From the IMG/VR virus record IMGVR_UViG_3300045988_174992: a stretch of 64,000 bases of DNA, one strand, 5' to 3'. A model generated the notes under the pieces. The model made no database searches, was not told the origin of the DNA, and saw only the letters and a list, made by a program, of their open reading frames with translations. This document shows positions 35,821-45,254 of the stretch, piece by piece; the stretch's first letter is position 1; every line of letters begins with the position of its first letter. Source of the DNA: a virus. The position numbers were made by a program, and so were the translations under genes.

Positions 35821-36809
35821 CCTGGCAAACTGTTCAAATCTGTCTTGATATACTTTGCTTTCATTTCCTTATTCAAATCTGGGTTCAATTCTGGATCCAT
35901 TTCTACATTATATGTGATATCCTTCCACTTATCTGGATAAATGAACTTAAGCATATATGTATTCAATTTTGACATTTCATCAAAACCTTCACATTCACTT
36001 GACTTGTTGTTCATAATGGCTTCCAAATCAATCATAGAACGTGTATACATGGCTTTAAGAAGCTGTCTATCATCTTTGAATCTTGGGAACAATTCCGCTA
36101 TAGCAGAAATAGTGCCAAGTCTTGTATCAACCCAATTAGTTCTGATAATAGAATTAGATGCCGCTCTGTAGTTGATTTGTGGAATTGGCATAATAACAAC
36201 TTTATTGCAATTGCTTATCCATACTGGAATTGTTCTTACATCTTCAAATGTTCTTACTGTTGAATAAGGATAGCTTTCCACAATCTTTCTTGTATACATC
36301 TTAGACCAAACATTGAACTTGATGAGATTGTCTTTAAATAAAGCTATCTCCATATCATGAGGATCAGTAAGCACAATCTTCTGTGGAGCCGTAGAATTAG
36401 ATTGCTGTCCATTCTGTTGATTGTATATGACACCATATTCTACAACATCAGCATTTTCAGATGTAATTGTATTGTAAGCATTTTCTACAAAGTCAAGATG
36501 AATATAGTAATCATCTGCATCCAAGAACATGAAATAATTTCCTGTAGCATTTTCAATACCAAACTTACGAGCACCACCACATCCAAGATTATTTTCAGGT
36601 TCTACTAGCTTAAACTTGAAATTATCTTTTGATGTATTGTTTATGATATTCTCAACAATATTTCTAGAATTGTCTTGTGATTTGTCATCTACCAAAACAT
36701 ATTCAATTTCACAACCATCTGGTACTTTCTGACCTAAAACAGAGCCAATAGCATTACCAATAAACGTCTGTGCATTGTAAAATGTTGTTATAATTGATAT
36801 CTTATCCAT
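35814..36809 (-). CDS. Family-2 glycosyltransferase (GT-A fold)
   Basis: 331 aa. ISIITTFYNAQTFIGNAIGSVLGQK, VLVDDKSQDNS and the DxD motif FLDADDY. Confidence 0.75.
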   Translation of the reverse strand: MDKISIITTFYNAQTFIGNAIGSVLGQKVPDGCEIEYVLVDDKSQDNSRNIVENIINNTSKDNFKFKLVEPENNLGCGGARKFGIENATGNYFMFLDADDYYIHLDFVENAYNTITSENADVVEYGVIYNQQNGQQSNSTAPQKIVLTDPHDMEIALFKDNLIKFNVWSKMYTRKIVESYPYSTVRTFEDVRTIPVWISNCNKVVIMPIPQINYRAASNSIIRTNWVDTRLGTISAIAELFPRFKDDRQLLKAMYTRSMIDLEAIMNNKSSECEGFDEMSKLNTYMLKFIYPDKWKDITYNVEMDPELNPDLNKEMKAKYIKTDLNSLPGM

Positions 36810-36810
36810 G

Positions 36811-37452
36811 TTAGACTTCTAATTTTTTTAATTTGTTCATGGTAGGTGACATCACTATCTCTATAGTGTTTTCTGTGATACGTTGAGTAACATAGAATTT
36901 CCACCCATAAGCATTCATATCAGCTGGTACGGCATATCCTCTCTGTTTTTTAGATTTTCCTGTAGAATTAGGTTCACAATATTCTCCTGGCTTACACTTA
37001 CCATTATCACGTACAATTACTTTACCAATCAAATTTACTCGTACCCATTCTTTACGATTACTACGTTTTACATATTCTTGCTTTGGATCATAATATTGAC
37101 TTGGTACCTGTACATAATGATTATATGGTCTAGTGTGAATATATGAAAACTCTTCTACTTGGTCATACTCTTTTACACCAATAGCAATCTTATCATTCTT
37201 CAAAAACTTATCACCAACTTCATTACACATATATGCATATTTCCAATTGTTTGGATCATCTGAAGTATGTGACGTTTGAATAGTTGTTACACCAAGAATC
37301 TGTTCATCAGAACCAGATTTTACAGGTTCTATCTTATCAGGATTTTCAGAAGAAAATGTAACAAAGAGTCCATAAGGACTCTCTGCTGGTATCTCGGCCC
37401 ACTCATACATTTCTGAATATCCAACTGGATTAATGTATTCGTTATCTTGCAT
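36811..37452 (-). CDS. Free-standing Peptidase_G2 / intramolecular-chaperone (IMC)-like domain protein
   Basis: 213 aa. YSEMYEWAE, GLFVTF, ILGVTT and C-terminal RKEWVRVNLIGKVIVRDNGKCKPGEYCEPNSTG follow the pattern of the autoproteolytic IMC domain normally fused to tailspike C-termini (phi29 gp12 type). Confidence 0.55.
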   Translation of the reverse strand: MQDNEYINPVGYSEMYEWAEIPAESPYGLFVTFSSENPDKIEPVKSGSDEQILGVTTIQTSHTSDDPNNWKYAYMCNEVGDKFLKNDKIAIGVKEYDQVEEFSYIHTRPYNHYVQVPSQYYDPKQEYVKRSNRKEWVRVNLIGKVIVRDNGKCKPGEYCEPNSTGKSKKQRGYAVPADMNAYGWKFYVTQRITENTIEIVMSPTMNKLKKLEV

Positions 37453-37455
37453 TAT

Positions 37456-38055
37456 TTACTCACCATACATATATTTGATTTGAGCATCCAATGTTGGACG
37501 AATCTTCTCCATATATAGAAGAAGATTAGCTGCCTCTTCACGTGGTTTAATAAGACTATACCAATCCTTATACAAATCACTCTCCTTCTTATCCTTAATC
37601 TGCTTAGATGTAAGAATAAACTTAGTTGGCATTGTATCCAAATATGGACTTACAAATCTAGCAAAGTCAGATCCAGAAATTGCATTTGGCAACTTAATTG
37701 TCATAATAGGATTGACCATAGCATTCTCTGCAGCCATCTCTACTGCTAGATCTTCATCCTGTCGATTGTCAATAGGATTCTGTCGTGATACACCTACAAA
37801 CAATACATAGCGCTCTAAAGGGTTTTTACTTGGACCATTCATCTTATAGAGCTTACCTACGAAGGTACTTGCGCAATATGTACCCTTCATAACAGCTCTT
37901 CGTCCGTTATCTAACACAGTTTCCTTTTCACAACTTCGATCAGTATGAATATCTGAAACAACAAACTCATCAACCAACTTCTTTGTACGAATTGTAAATG
38001 GATCTGGCTTAGCACCAATAATTGCATAAGCCTCTTCTAAAGGAATATTCTGCAT
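37456..38055 (-). CDS. Hypothetical protein (199 aa)
   Basis: Clean ORF, 3 nt upstream of the next gene, with G/C-richer codons. No motif recognised. Confidence 0.5.
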   Translation of the reverse strand: MQNIPLEEAYAIIGAKPDPFTIRTKKLVDEFVVSDIHTDRSCEKETVLDNGRRAVMKGTYCASTFVGKLYKMNGPSKNPLERYVLFVGVSRQNPIDNRQDEDLAVEMAAENAMVNPIMTIKLPNAISGSDFARFVSPYLDTMPTKFILTSKQIKDKKESDLYKDWYSLIKPREEAANLLLYMEKIRPTLDAQIKYMYGE

Positions 38056-38148
38056 TTTTAAATAGTATTTAATTAAATTATTTTATTTAAACATGTACAT
38101 ATTATCATGCACAATTATAATATAGAAATATATGAACTAAAAATTCAT

Positions 38149-38679
38149 TTATCTCGGTAACTTTTTAATATAATGTTCTGAATTACCTTTACAAAGCTTA
38201 ATCAAGGTTTCTGTAAATGCATCTTCAAAATCAGATGGATTTTCAATACCTTCCTTTTCTTCATATTCATTAAGCAATTCATCTCTGATACGATCAGCGA
38301 TATTCTTTGTTTCAATTGGTTTGAACATGATTGCATTAGTCCAATCATCAAGACGTTTCTCTTCAGAATTGTACCATCCTGGTTTTAGTCCACTATCTGG
38401 ATGTGGAATACAATATTCTGCTATACTAGGAATTGCAATGAATCCATCATTTTCCATAGTAAGAACTTTTACCCAATCAAGTTCAATTCCATTATTTCTC
38501 ATAACAAAATAATCTTCAATTGGCAGCCATCCTTCCAACTTCATCAAATTAATGAAATTACCAGCCAATCCACTACCAACAATAGTATCATGTGTCAATT
38601 TATTCTCCATATTATTTAAGAATTTACAAGTTATTATGAAATCTAATTTTCTCAACAATTTAAATAAGAAATTCATCAT
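38149..38679 (-). CDS. Hypothetical protein (176 aa; alternative start MENKL at 38610)
   Basis: The ORF overlaps the upstream gene by 20 nt if the first ATG is used. Confidence 0.45.
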   Translation of the reverse strand: MMNFLFKLLRKLDFIITCKFLNNMENKLTHDTIVGSGLAGNFINLMKLEGWLPIEDYFVMRNNGIELDWVKVLTMENDGFIAIPSIAEYCIPHPDSGLKPGWYNSEEKRLDDWTNAIMFKPIETKNIADRIRDELLNEYEEKEGIENPSDFEDAFTETLIKLCKGNSEHYIKKLPR

Positions 38680-38935
38680 TCTTTCTTTTTACATTACATT
38701 CATTCAGTATGTCATAAGGCAATGAATCTTCTGGTAATTTAATACCATATTTCTTGAAATTATGATATGACTTTTTACAAGCATGATTATATATCACACA
38801 AAAAGCTTGTTCTTTTGTTACTTTCGTGAATAATTTTCCACATATTGGACACTTACATACATCACCTATATTCGCATTCTTATTCTCATTATATTGTAAT
38901 GTAATGATGTTATCTATTTCTTTATTTACATCCAT
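38660..38935 (-). CDS. Small zinc-ribbon-like protein (91 aa)
   Basis: CKCPICGKLF...C-x5-HACKKSYH gives a Cys/His pattern. Confidence 0.45.
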   Translation of the reverse strand: MDVNKEIDNIITLQYNENKNANIGDVCKCPICGKLFTKVTKEQAFCVIYNHACKKSYHNFKKYGIKLPEDSLPYDILNECNVKRKNDEFLI

Positions 38936-38947
38936 TTTATTTCTTAT

Positions 38948-39370
38948 TTAAGTCCATTCTACAAAAGCATTCAACTCAAATCCAGAAAGCATCTCTCCAT
39001 GAGTTGCCTTCCACCAAGCATCTTCTACATCATCTGCAATCCAAATAGCTTCTGAATCATTATGACCAGGAAGAACAATAGAAGTACGTGACCAAGTATC
39101 TTCAGAATCATCATACTTTACAAAAATCTTAGTGTTAGTAGGAATATGGATGAATTCATCCTGAAGATATGTCTCATTATTTTCAAGAATAATATCATGC
39201 ATATTGAAATGAATAGGAGTACCTTGAAGAATTTCCTCATGATTCTCAATCTTCTTGAGAAGTTCATCAAAGGTAATTCCTTCAGTAGGATATTCACCAA
39301 AAGTTACCTTTTCATTTTCAACTACGTTTACTATTTCAGGATATACAAAATTCATCATAATTTTATTCAT
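38948..39370 (-). CDS. Hypothetical acidic protein (140 aa)
   Basis: Clean ORF. Exact early-type promoter motif at 39390-39417. Confidence 0.5.
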   Translation of the reverse strand: MNKIMMNFVYPEIVNVVENEKVTFGEYPTEGITFDELLKKIENHEEILQGTPIHFNMHDIILENNETYLQDEFIHIPTNTKIFVKYDDSEDTWSRTSIVLPGHNDSEAIWIADDVEDAWWKATHGEMLSGFELNAFVEWT

Positions 39371-39389
39371 TATTTGTTTGACATTATAA

Positions 39390-39417
39390 ATATAGAATAT
39401 ATAAAAAGAATTTCAAA
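39390..39417 (-). promoter_or_regulatory. Early-type promoter motif
   Basis: Exact match, 19 nt upstream of ATG 39370. Confidence 0.55.
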
Positions 39418-39428
39418 TTAATTTTGCA

Positions 39429-39444
39429 ATTTTTATATATAAAG
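39429..39444 (+). promoter_or_regulatory. Late-type motif
   Basis: ATTTTTATATATAAAG, 24 nt before ATG 39469. Confidence 0.45.
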
Positions 39445-39468
39445 TTTAAAACAAGAAAATCTTTTCAG

Positions 39469-42400
39469 ATGGCAATATACGTTAAGAAAACTGGCAATCA
39501 AGATATTGGTGCAATAAAATTAGTAGATTCAAAGACAGATAAGCTTAAAGATATAAATGCAGTCTTTTGGAAAAATATGATGATTTGGCCAAGAGATTCA
39601 AAATATCTTTTCTGGAGCTCAAACAACAAAAACCATGATTTCATTTCTATTGATTCTGCTTTTGACAGAAATGGAATACATGTAAGTGCCGCTAGTCATG
39701 TTGTGACAATATACGTCAGATCTTGTGTAAAATACTGGCATGGAAGATACCCATTCAAAGTAGTACCTTATCAGAACTGGGTAACAGCTCCTAATATAGT
39801 ATATCCTATAGGATGGAACATAAAGACAGCTACTAAGCATGAATATGACGCTTTGTTTGATTTGAACATATCTGGTAATGTATCTACTTCAAGTTCTAGA
39901 ACTACTTATGTATCATTATGGCAAATTGACAGTAAAGATGAACATATAGATACTTCTGCATCTAAATATTCTGGAAAGCAAATAGTGATAAAGATAGTTC
40001 AAGATAAAGATGAAGAAGATCCAAATGCACAACCATCTTATGCAAATGCCATAATCACTTGGTATAAAGATGAGACGTTTTCTGATGAAGTAAAAGAATA
40101 TGGTACCGAAAGCAATCCTTATGTAGATGTGAATGGCAAATCTATTTCTCTGTATTGCAACATAACAGGCACAGTAAAGATGATGTCAGGAAACACAGCA
40201 AGATGTTTCTATGGTGACCATTATGGAGATGTAATTACTATAAATGAACTTAACATAGATAAGAATGCAATGTCATTGGAAAGTTCAGAATATCTTGGTG
40301 ATGGAAACTGGAGGATAAATCTGAAAATGAAGAGCAATGTTCCTACTAGTGCTAACTATACAAATGTAATAAGAGATCTTACATTGTCATCCAGTAGAGT
40401 AGACTATACTGGTGATATTGTTACAATGACCTGGAAAGTGTTTAATGAGGCAAATACTTTGACAAGATATTCCAATGTTGGTTTCTTACTTGGCAGAACA
40501 TATACTTCAACTACTAAGGTTTGGCAACAAGGTGGATATGCAAGTAACCAAGTAACTAATGTAACATGTTCTACTTGGGTGTCAAAAGAAGTTGCAAAAT
40601 GGATAAGCATATCAAATCCACAGATAAATTCTGCTACTTCTTCTTATTATGCCAAAGTAACAGTAAATCCACAGACTACTACTGAAAAGATGTATATTGA
40701 AAACATCAGTACATCTTACGATGATGATATAATTCCTGCAACTGATACATTGTTCCAAATAATGTTTATGATATTCAAAAACACAGGTTATTATGCAGGA
40801 AGAAAGGGTATCATAAATGTTACTTGTGTTTCTGATACTAAATCTGTAGAATTGACCCAAACGGAGCATTCTGGTACATCTTTTAATAAAATTACAGATA
40901 GAGATATAGATAAGAAAAAGATATCTATAGCAGGAATAGTTCCTAATTCTTACTATTCAAACATGATAACTAGCATTACAAACTTAAGATATGATTACAA
41001 TTATCTCATGTGGCTAGCTGATGTTTCCGTTACAAGAAATCCTAAAAAAGTTTTGAATCATGAATTGTCAGTCAACTCTTATCCTAAGGCAGTATCATCA
41101 AAATCCCAGTATCTTGAAATAACTTGGTCTATCATAACTGGTGAAGTGAATTCTTCTCCACGTTATGGAAAGATAAAATTCTCTATTCCTGATTACCATT
41201 GTGAAGATTACTATGATGTAACACAAAACGGTTCTACTGATGCACAAGGAGCTAAGTTTGATAAAGACTATTTAAATAATTCAAAACTATATAATATCAG
41301 TGACAATATTGTTTCTTCATCAACAACTAGTGATCCAAATACAAATCCAAATAGTCCTGGAATAATAAAATTAACTGATAATTTTTACACTGGCACTATA
41401 AAGATAAATGAGAATACTAAACATAATAATACAGTTGCATATATAAAACCAACAGAAATAACTGATTGGTCAGTTTCTGATTTTGACAATTACAACAATG
41501 CTGCATTCTATATAAGGATAAAAGGAAAGAATGTATATATTGGTATTGACAGAAATGTAAAGATAAAGTTGGAAATTACTGGAATAGGTTCAAAAGAAGA
41601 TACTATATTGCAAGAGAAAGCACCATCTGTAGACAGTAATACTTTAGCCAATGTAACAGATTTAGATGTTTCTTCTATTAAGATATCCGGTGAAGCAACA
41701 ACAAACAAATTACCTTATCTTATAACAAATGAAATGTACTGTGTACCTATCATACTGAATAAGAATGCTGTACCTACAAGATATGATTATGCCGTTGTTG
41801 TTGGTTCAAAAGAATATCCTGGATCATTTGATTATGGAGATTATGGTGATATTAATCTTACACCAGAAGATTCAACAGAATATTCAATACCTAACTATGA
41901 CAACATGTATACAGCTGTAACTTCTTGGTGGAGAAGACAAGGAGAAGAAAAGACAAGAACAGTAATATTATCTGTTGATGGAATAACCCAATCTATTACA
42001 AATACATGGACTGGTATAAAATATCAAGGAGACCAGACTTACAGATCTAATTTGTCAGAAGATTATTCTCTAACATTATCTGACTACAACCAACAATGGA
42101 TATCATTGAACCAAAATAATTTGATTTCTTCTTCTAACAGTACTTCTAGTACAAGAAGAATAGGTTTGACAGATACTCTATATCTTGATGATTTAAAACA
42201 GAAGAATCTGAAATTGTCTTTAAAGCAAGAACCAAGAGGAACCAGTACGAATTTCTTGTTTTCTTCTTCATTAGAATATGGAACTATAAAATATCTGAAT
42301 GCTACTGATAGTGCTTCATTCATGATATATAGTTTAGATGATGACTTAATGAAACCATTAGATATAAGTTGGACACCTACTGAGTTCAACAACATGATAT

Positions 42401-43428
42401 TGAGTTGTACTCATAATGATTACTGGTATAGCTTTACTATTGCTCCAACATCTTTGAATATATCTAATACAAACAGAACTTGGCAAGTAAGCTTTACCCA
42501 AGCAATTTCAGGCAAGAATATTTCATTAACATTTGTACAACATTGCTATCAATTCTCTTTAGATAAGACTTCTATAAACATTACTCCAAATGTTGAAGTT
42601 GAAATAAATGTAACATCTACAAAGAGTGGAAACTTCTTTGGTTTCACTTGGGATGCATTACCGAATTGGTTGATGGTATATAGAACATCTGATACTAAGC
42701 TTACATTCAAATGTATTGAGATAAATGATTCTACAAAAACAAGATCGTGTACAATAAGATTTACCCAATATGAATCTGGTATATCTACAACTCTTACAAT
42801 ATCTGAAGAATCTTGGAGAAATCCAGAACTTGATGAAAGTACAGTAAATTTATATTATAAAGGAGCAAAATCAGTAAAGGAGTTGTATTCTGATCAAGCA
42901 GGTATTGGATTACCAATAACAATAAGGCAAAGTGATGGTACTCTTAATTCAACAAAGATAAAAATAACTTCAAGAAACATATCTGATTCTAGATATACTA
43001 TAGATATTGTATCTTTAGTAGATTTAGAAGGAACTATTCCATTATTTGGAAGATATTCATTATCTAACAAAAACCAATATCTTGGAGAAATCTATTGCAT
43101 TATGCATGCTTATCAATTCAGTTGTTCTTCTGACAATACTTCTGAAATAGTTTGGACTTTAAGTCCTAAAGCAAATGAACTATGGTCTATGTATTATGTT
43201 ACATCAATAATTGATGGTGAATTTGCAGATTATGAAATTTCTGAAGCCAATGGTAATTTTACTTGCTATCATAGTGGAGTTAACATTACTATACTTCCAA
43301 AATTCACTAACTACAGTAATGAAAGAAAAAATTGGTCCTTGAAATTAAAACAAAATAAGACTAAGAAAGAAATATTTGTCAAAGTACAACAATTAGGTGC
43401 TAATGAATATGAAGAGGTGTATATATAA
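39469..43428 (+). CDS. Giant fibre/appendage-like structural protein (1319 aa from ATG 39469) with BACON-like modules
   Basis: The ORF track starts at TTG 39424. The first ATG (MAIYVKK) at 39469 lies 24 nt after the late-type motif. Recurrent module ends: VWQQGG, YDVTQNGS, ELTQTEHSG, KVQQLGANE. Element E3 follows the stop. Confidence 0.5.
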   Translation: MAIYVKKTGNQDIGAIKLVDSKTDKLKDINAVFWKNMMIWPRDSKYLFWSSNNKNHDFISIDSAFDRNGIHVSAASHVVTIYVRSCVKYWHGRYPFKVVPYQNWVTAPNIVYPIGWNIKTATKHEYDALFDLNISGNVSTSSSRTTYVSLWQIDSKDEHIDTSASKYSGKQIVIKIVQDKDEEDPNAQPSYANAIITWYKDETFSDEVKEYGTESNPYVDVNGKSISLYCNITGTVKMMSGNTARCFYGDHYGDVITINELNIDKNAMSLESSEYLGDGNWRINLKMKSNVPTSANYTNVIRDLTLSSSRVDYTGDIVTMTWKVFNEANTLTRYSNVGFLLGRTYTSTTKVWQQGGYASNQVTNVTCSTWVSKEVAKWISISNPQINSATSSYYAKVTVNPQTTTEKMYIENISTSYDDDIIPATDTLFQIMFMIFKNTGYYAGRKGIINVTCVSDTKSVELTQTEHSGTSFNKITDRDIDKKKISIAGIVPNSYYSNMITSITNLRYDYNYLMWLADVSVTRNPKKVLNHELSVNSYPKAVSSKSQYLEITWSIITGEVNSSPRYGKIKFSIPDYHCEDYYDVTQNGSTDAQGAKFDKDYLNNSKLYNISDNIVSSSTTSDPNTNPNSPGIIKLTDNFYTGTIKINENTKHNNTVAYIKPTEITDWSVSDFDNYNNAAFYIRIKGKNVYIGIDRNVKIKLEITGIGSKEDTILQEKAPSVDSNTLANVTDLDVSSIKISGEATTNKLPYLITNEMYCVPIILNKNAVPTRYDYAVVVGSKEYPGSFDYGDYGDINLTPEDSTEYSIPNYDNMYTAVTSWWRRQGEEKTRTVILSVDGITQSITNTWTGIKYQGDQTYRSNLSEDYSLTLSDYNQQWISLNQNNLISSSNSTSSTRRIGLTDTLYLDDLKQKNLKLSLKQEPRGTSTNFLFSSSLEYGTIKYLNATDSASFMIYSLDDDLMKPLDISWTPTEFNNMILSCTHNDYWYSFTIAPTSLNISNTNRTWQVSFTQAISGKNISLTFVQHCYQFSLDKTSINITPNVEVEINVTSTKSGNFFGFTWDALPNWLMVYRTSDTKLTFKCIEINDSTKTRSCTIRFTQYESGISTTLTISEESWRNPELDESTVNLYYKGAKSVKELYSDQAGIGLPITIRQSDGTLNSTKIKITSRNISDSRYTIDIVSLVDLEGTIPLFGRYSLSNKNQYLGEIYCIMHAYQFSCSSDNTSEIVWTLSPKANELWSMYYVTSIIDGEFADYEISEANGNFTCYHSGVNITILPKFTNYSNERKNWSLKLKQNKTKKEIFVKVQQLGANEYEEVYI

Positions 43429-43439
43429 ATAAGAAAGTC

Positions 43440-43524
43440 CCTAGGAAAGCGCCTGGGACGTTCAGGAAGCGGAAAATGGTCGAGAGATATAATTTATCAG
43501 CTCGACCATTTTTAATTGTTCCTG
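43440..43524 (+). promoter_or_regulatory. Stop-proximal structured element, copy E3, containing a terminator hairpin
   Basis: P1 is CCTAGG 43440-43445 / CCTGGG 43452-43457 (one G.U pair). P2 is CAGGAA 43463-43468 / TTCCTG 43519-43524. GCGG lies at 43469-43472. P3 is AAAATGGTCGAG 43473-43484 / CTCGACCATTTT 43501-43512. Confidence 0.65.
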
Positions 43525-43537
43525 GTGATGTTTTTAT

Positions 43538-44005
43538 TTAAATTATTTCTATAGTGATATTTTCACCTCTACTTTTGCTTGCAATCTTCATCTTATTGTA
43601 AAGGTCTTTAAAGTAATTAGTAGAATTGCTTACCCATCCTACTTTATCATTTTTTCCTGGAATGATACAACCTTCTGTATCCGATGCAGAATTGCCTGGA
43701 TGTATCAATACACCATCATAACCAGGTACATTCAGTAATCTAGGCATATATGCTTGACAGAACTGCATCATTGTCTTAGATTTCTTATACTTAGGACTTT
43801 GTACATTCAATACAATTTCATAAGTACCAGTAGGAATTGCAGTGATTCCAGGTTTTTTCATGAACAGGATCTTTTCTTTAGTCATATTTTGATTAAGACC
43901 TCTGTCTTTATCTTCTATTGTATTAGAAAAGAATACACCATCCACATAAAGCTGTCCAATAGTATATCCTTCTTTCTTCCATTTTCTTACTAGTTTGAGT
44001 TTCAT
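43538..44005 (-). CDS. Putative cell-wall hydrolase (DUF5675-like / L,D-peptidase-type H...GC motif)
   Basis: 155 aa. VLIHPGNSASDTEGCIIPG resembles the His...Ser-x-Gly-Cys active-site arrangement of the YkuD fold. The overall pattern is like phage DUF5675 proteins. Confidence 0.4.
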   Translation of the reverse strand: MKLKLVRKWKKEGYTIGQLYVDGVFFSNTIEDKDRGLNQNMTKEKILFMKKPGITAIPTGTYEIVLNVQSPKYKKSKTMMQFCQAYMPRLLNVPGYDGVLIHPGNSASDTEGCIIPGKNDKVGWVSNSTNYFKDLYNKMKIASKSRGENITIEII

Positions 44006-44008
44006 TTA

Positions 44009-44422
44009 TTATATGAATTTTATTGTTTTTCTTACTTTGTTAGTACGTATATAATCCCACCAAGCTGATTTTACATAATATAAATCATCTTGCTTCATAT
44101 ATGCTTCATATTCAAATGGGATTGTCTTATAAGCCTGTTTCCATGACATGAAGAATGGCCAAGCCTTCAAGAATTGACAGATATATATTAAGTAAAACCA
44201 AAACCATTTCATGAAACTAAATGTATTTGCTTGATAGATATGTATTGCTTCATGATGTGCCCAAATCTTACCTCTGTTAGTTTGTAAGTATCTCCAAACT
44301 ACATCTGCACTCTTTCTTGTATATACTATACCGAATAATGCGATAGCAGAATAACCTTTAGGTGGCAATATCTTACACTCACAAACAAATTTCAAATCCT
44401 GAAATTCTATCTTTCTACTCAT
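44009..44422 (-). CDS. HExxH-motif protein (putative zinc metallopeptidase-like)
   Basis: 137 aa. WAHHEAIHIYQ contains HEAIH, followed by a hydrophobic stretch FMKWFWFYLIYICQFL. Confidence 0.35.
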   Translation of the reverse strand: MSRKIEFQDLKFVCECKILPPKGYSAIALFGIVYTRKSADVVWRYLQTNRGKIWAHHEAIHIYQANTFSFMKWFWFYLIYICQFLKAWPFFMSWKQAYKTIPFEYEAYMKQDDLYYVKSAWWDYIRTNKVRKTIKFI

Positions 44423-44425
44423 ATA

Positions 44426-44866
44426 TTAAACATCTAGATATTTTTCATATTGCTTTCTGAATATGTTAGTTAAATTGAATTCATCTGTATTAGGTAAGCT
44501 TTTTACAAAATATGGATAGAATCTGATATCAACGTCAAATGGCTTTACATATTCATCAAAATCTAATTCCCAAAATAAGAAATTAATCAATGGACATAAG
44601 TCAATATCCTCATTTTTAAATGAAAACAAATCACAAGCACCAAAATCATCTGACTTACCACAAAGTGATAGCTTCCAAGTTGCATTAGATTGGCTTTCTA
44701 TTTTCAATATTCCACCACCAATAGGTAATGGTTCACCCTTCTTACGAAGATCTTTATGGTTCAAAACATAACCTGCTCTTATTTCTAACTTACCATTATT
44801 ATAAATAGCAATCCATTTAATTGTCTTATCTGAATTCATTTTTTTTCTCCACCAACTTTTATCCAT
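44426..44866 (-). CDS. Hypothetical protein (146 aa)
   Basis: Clean ORF in a tight operon. Confidence 0.45.
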   Translation of the reverse strand: MDKSWWRKKMNSDKTIKWIAIYNNGKLEIRAGYVLNHKDLRKKGEPLPIGGGILKIESQSNATWKLSLCGKSDDFGACDLFSFKNEDIDLCPLINFLFWELDFDEYVKPFDVDIRFYPYFVKSLPNTDEFNLTNIFRKQYEKYLDV

Positions 44867-44887
44867 ATTTATAGTATTTATAAGTAT

Positions 44888-45208
44888 TTAGTACATATCA
44901 TTTTCACTAAATCCATTGATATGAATCTCTTTCTTATCATGATCTATAACCATATCTAGTGCACAAGCCCAATTAAAACAAAGTTGAAGTTCATCATCAA
45001 ATGTTCCTAGGAAAAATCCACCAGGACATAAAATACTACGCTGTCCTTCTCGTTTGATTTCACGTTCACCAGCTCCACGATAGGCAAATCCAGATCTCCA
45101 AAAAACCCGATAATTAGAATATGTAGCTATTGCTTTCTTACAGTTCTTACTTTTTGTCAAACCTGTCTTTACAATATTCTGTTTCATAACTTCTGTTCTT
45201 AATATCAC
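44888..45208 (-). CDS. Hypothetical protein (106 aa)
   Basis: Clean ORF. Confidence 0.4.
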   Translation of the reverse strand: MILRTEVMKQNIVKTGLTKSKNCKKAIATYSNYRVFWRSGFAYRGAGEREIKREGQRSILCPGGFFLGTFDDELQLCFNWACALDMVIDHDKKEIHINGFSENDMY

Positions 45209-45254
45209 TTCAGTGATGTTATTAATCTATTGATTTTAATGTTTATTCAAATAA

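Noticed and set aside
43440-43524. E elements considered as small self-cleaving ribozymes (hammerhead, twister, HDV-like) or tRNA-like structures
   Set aside because: There is no CUGANGA/GAAA hammerhead core (only CUGAUA in loops). I found no nested double pseudoknot consistent with HDV-like ribozymes, no twister-type conserved loops that I can recognise, and no T-loop (GTTCRA) or cloverleaf. This cannot be fully excluded without covariance-model scans.
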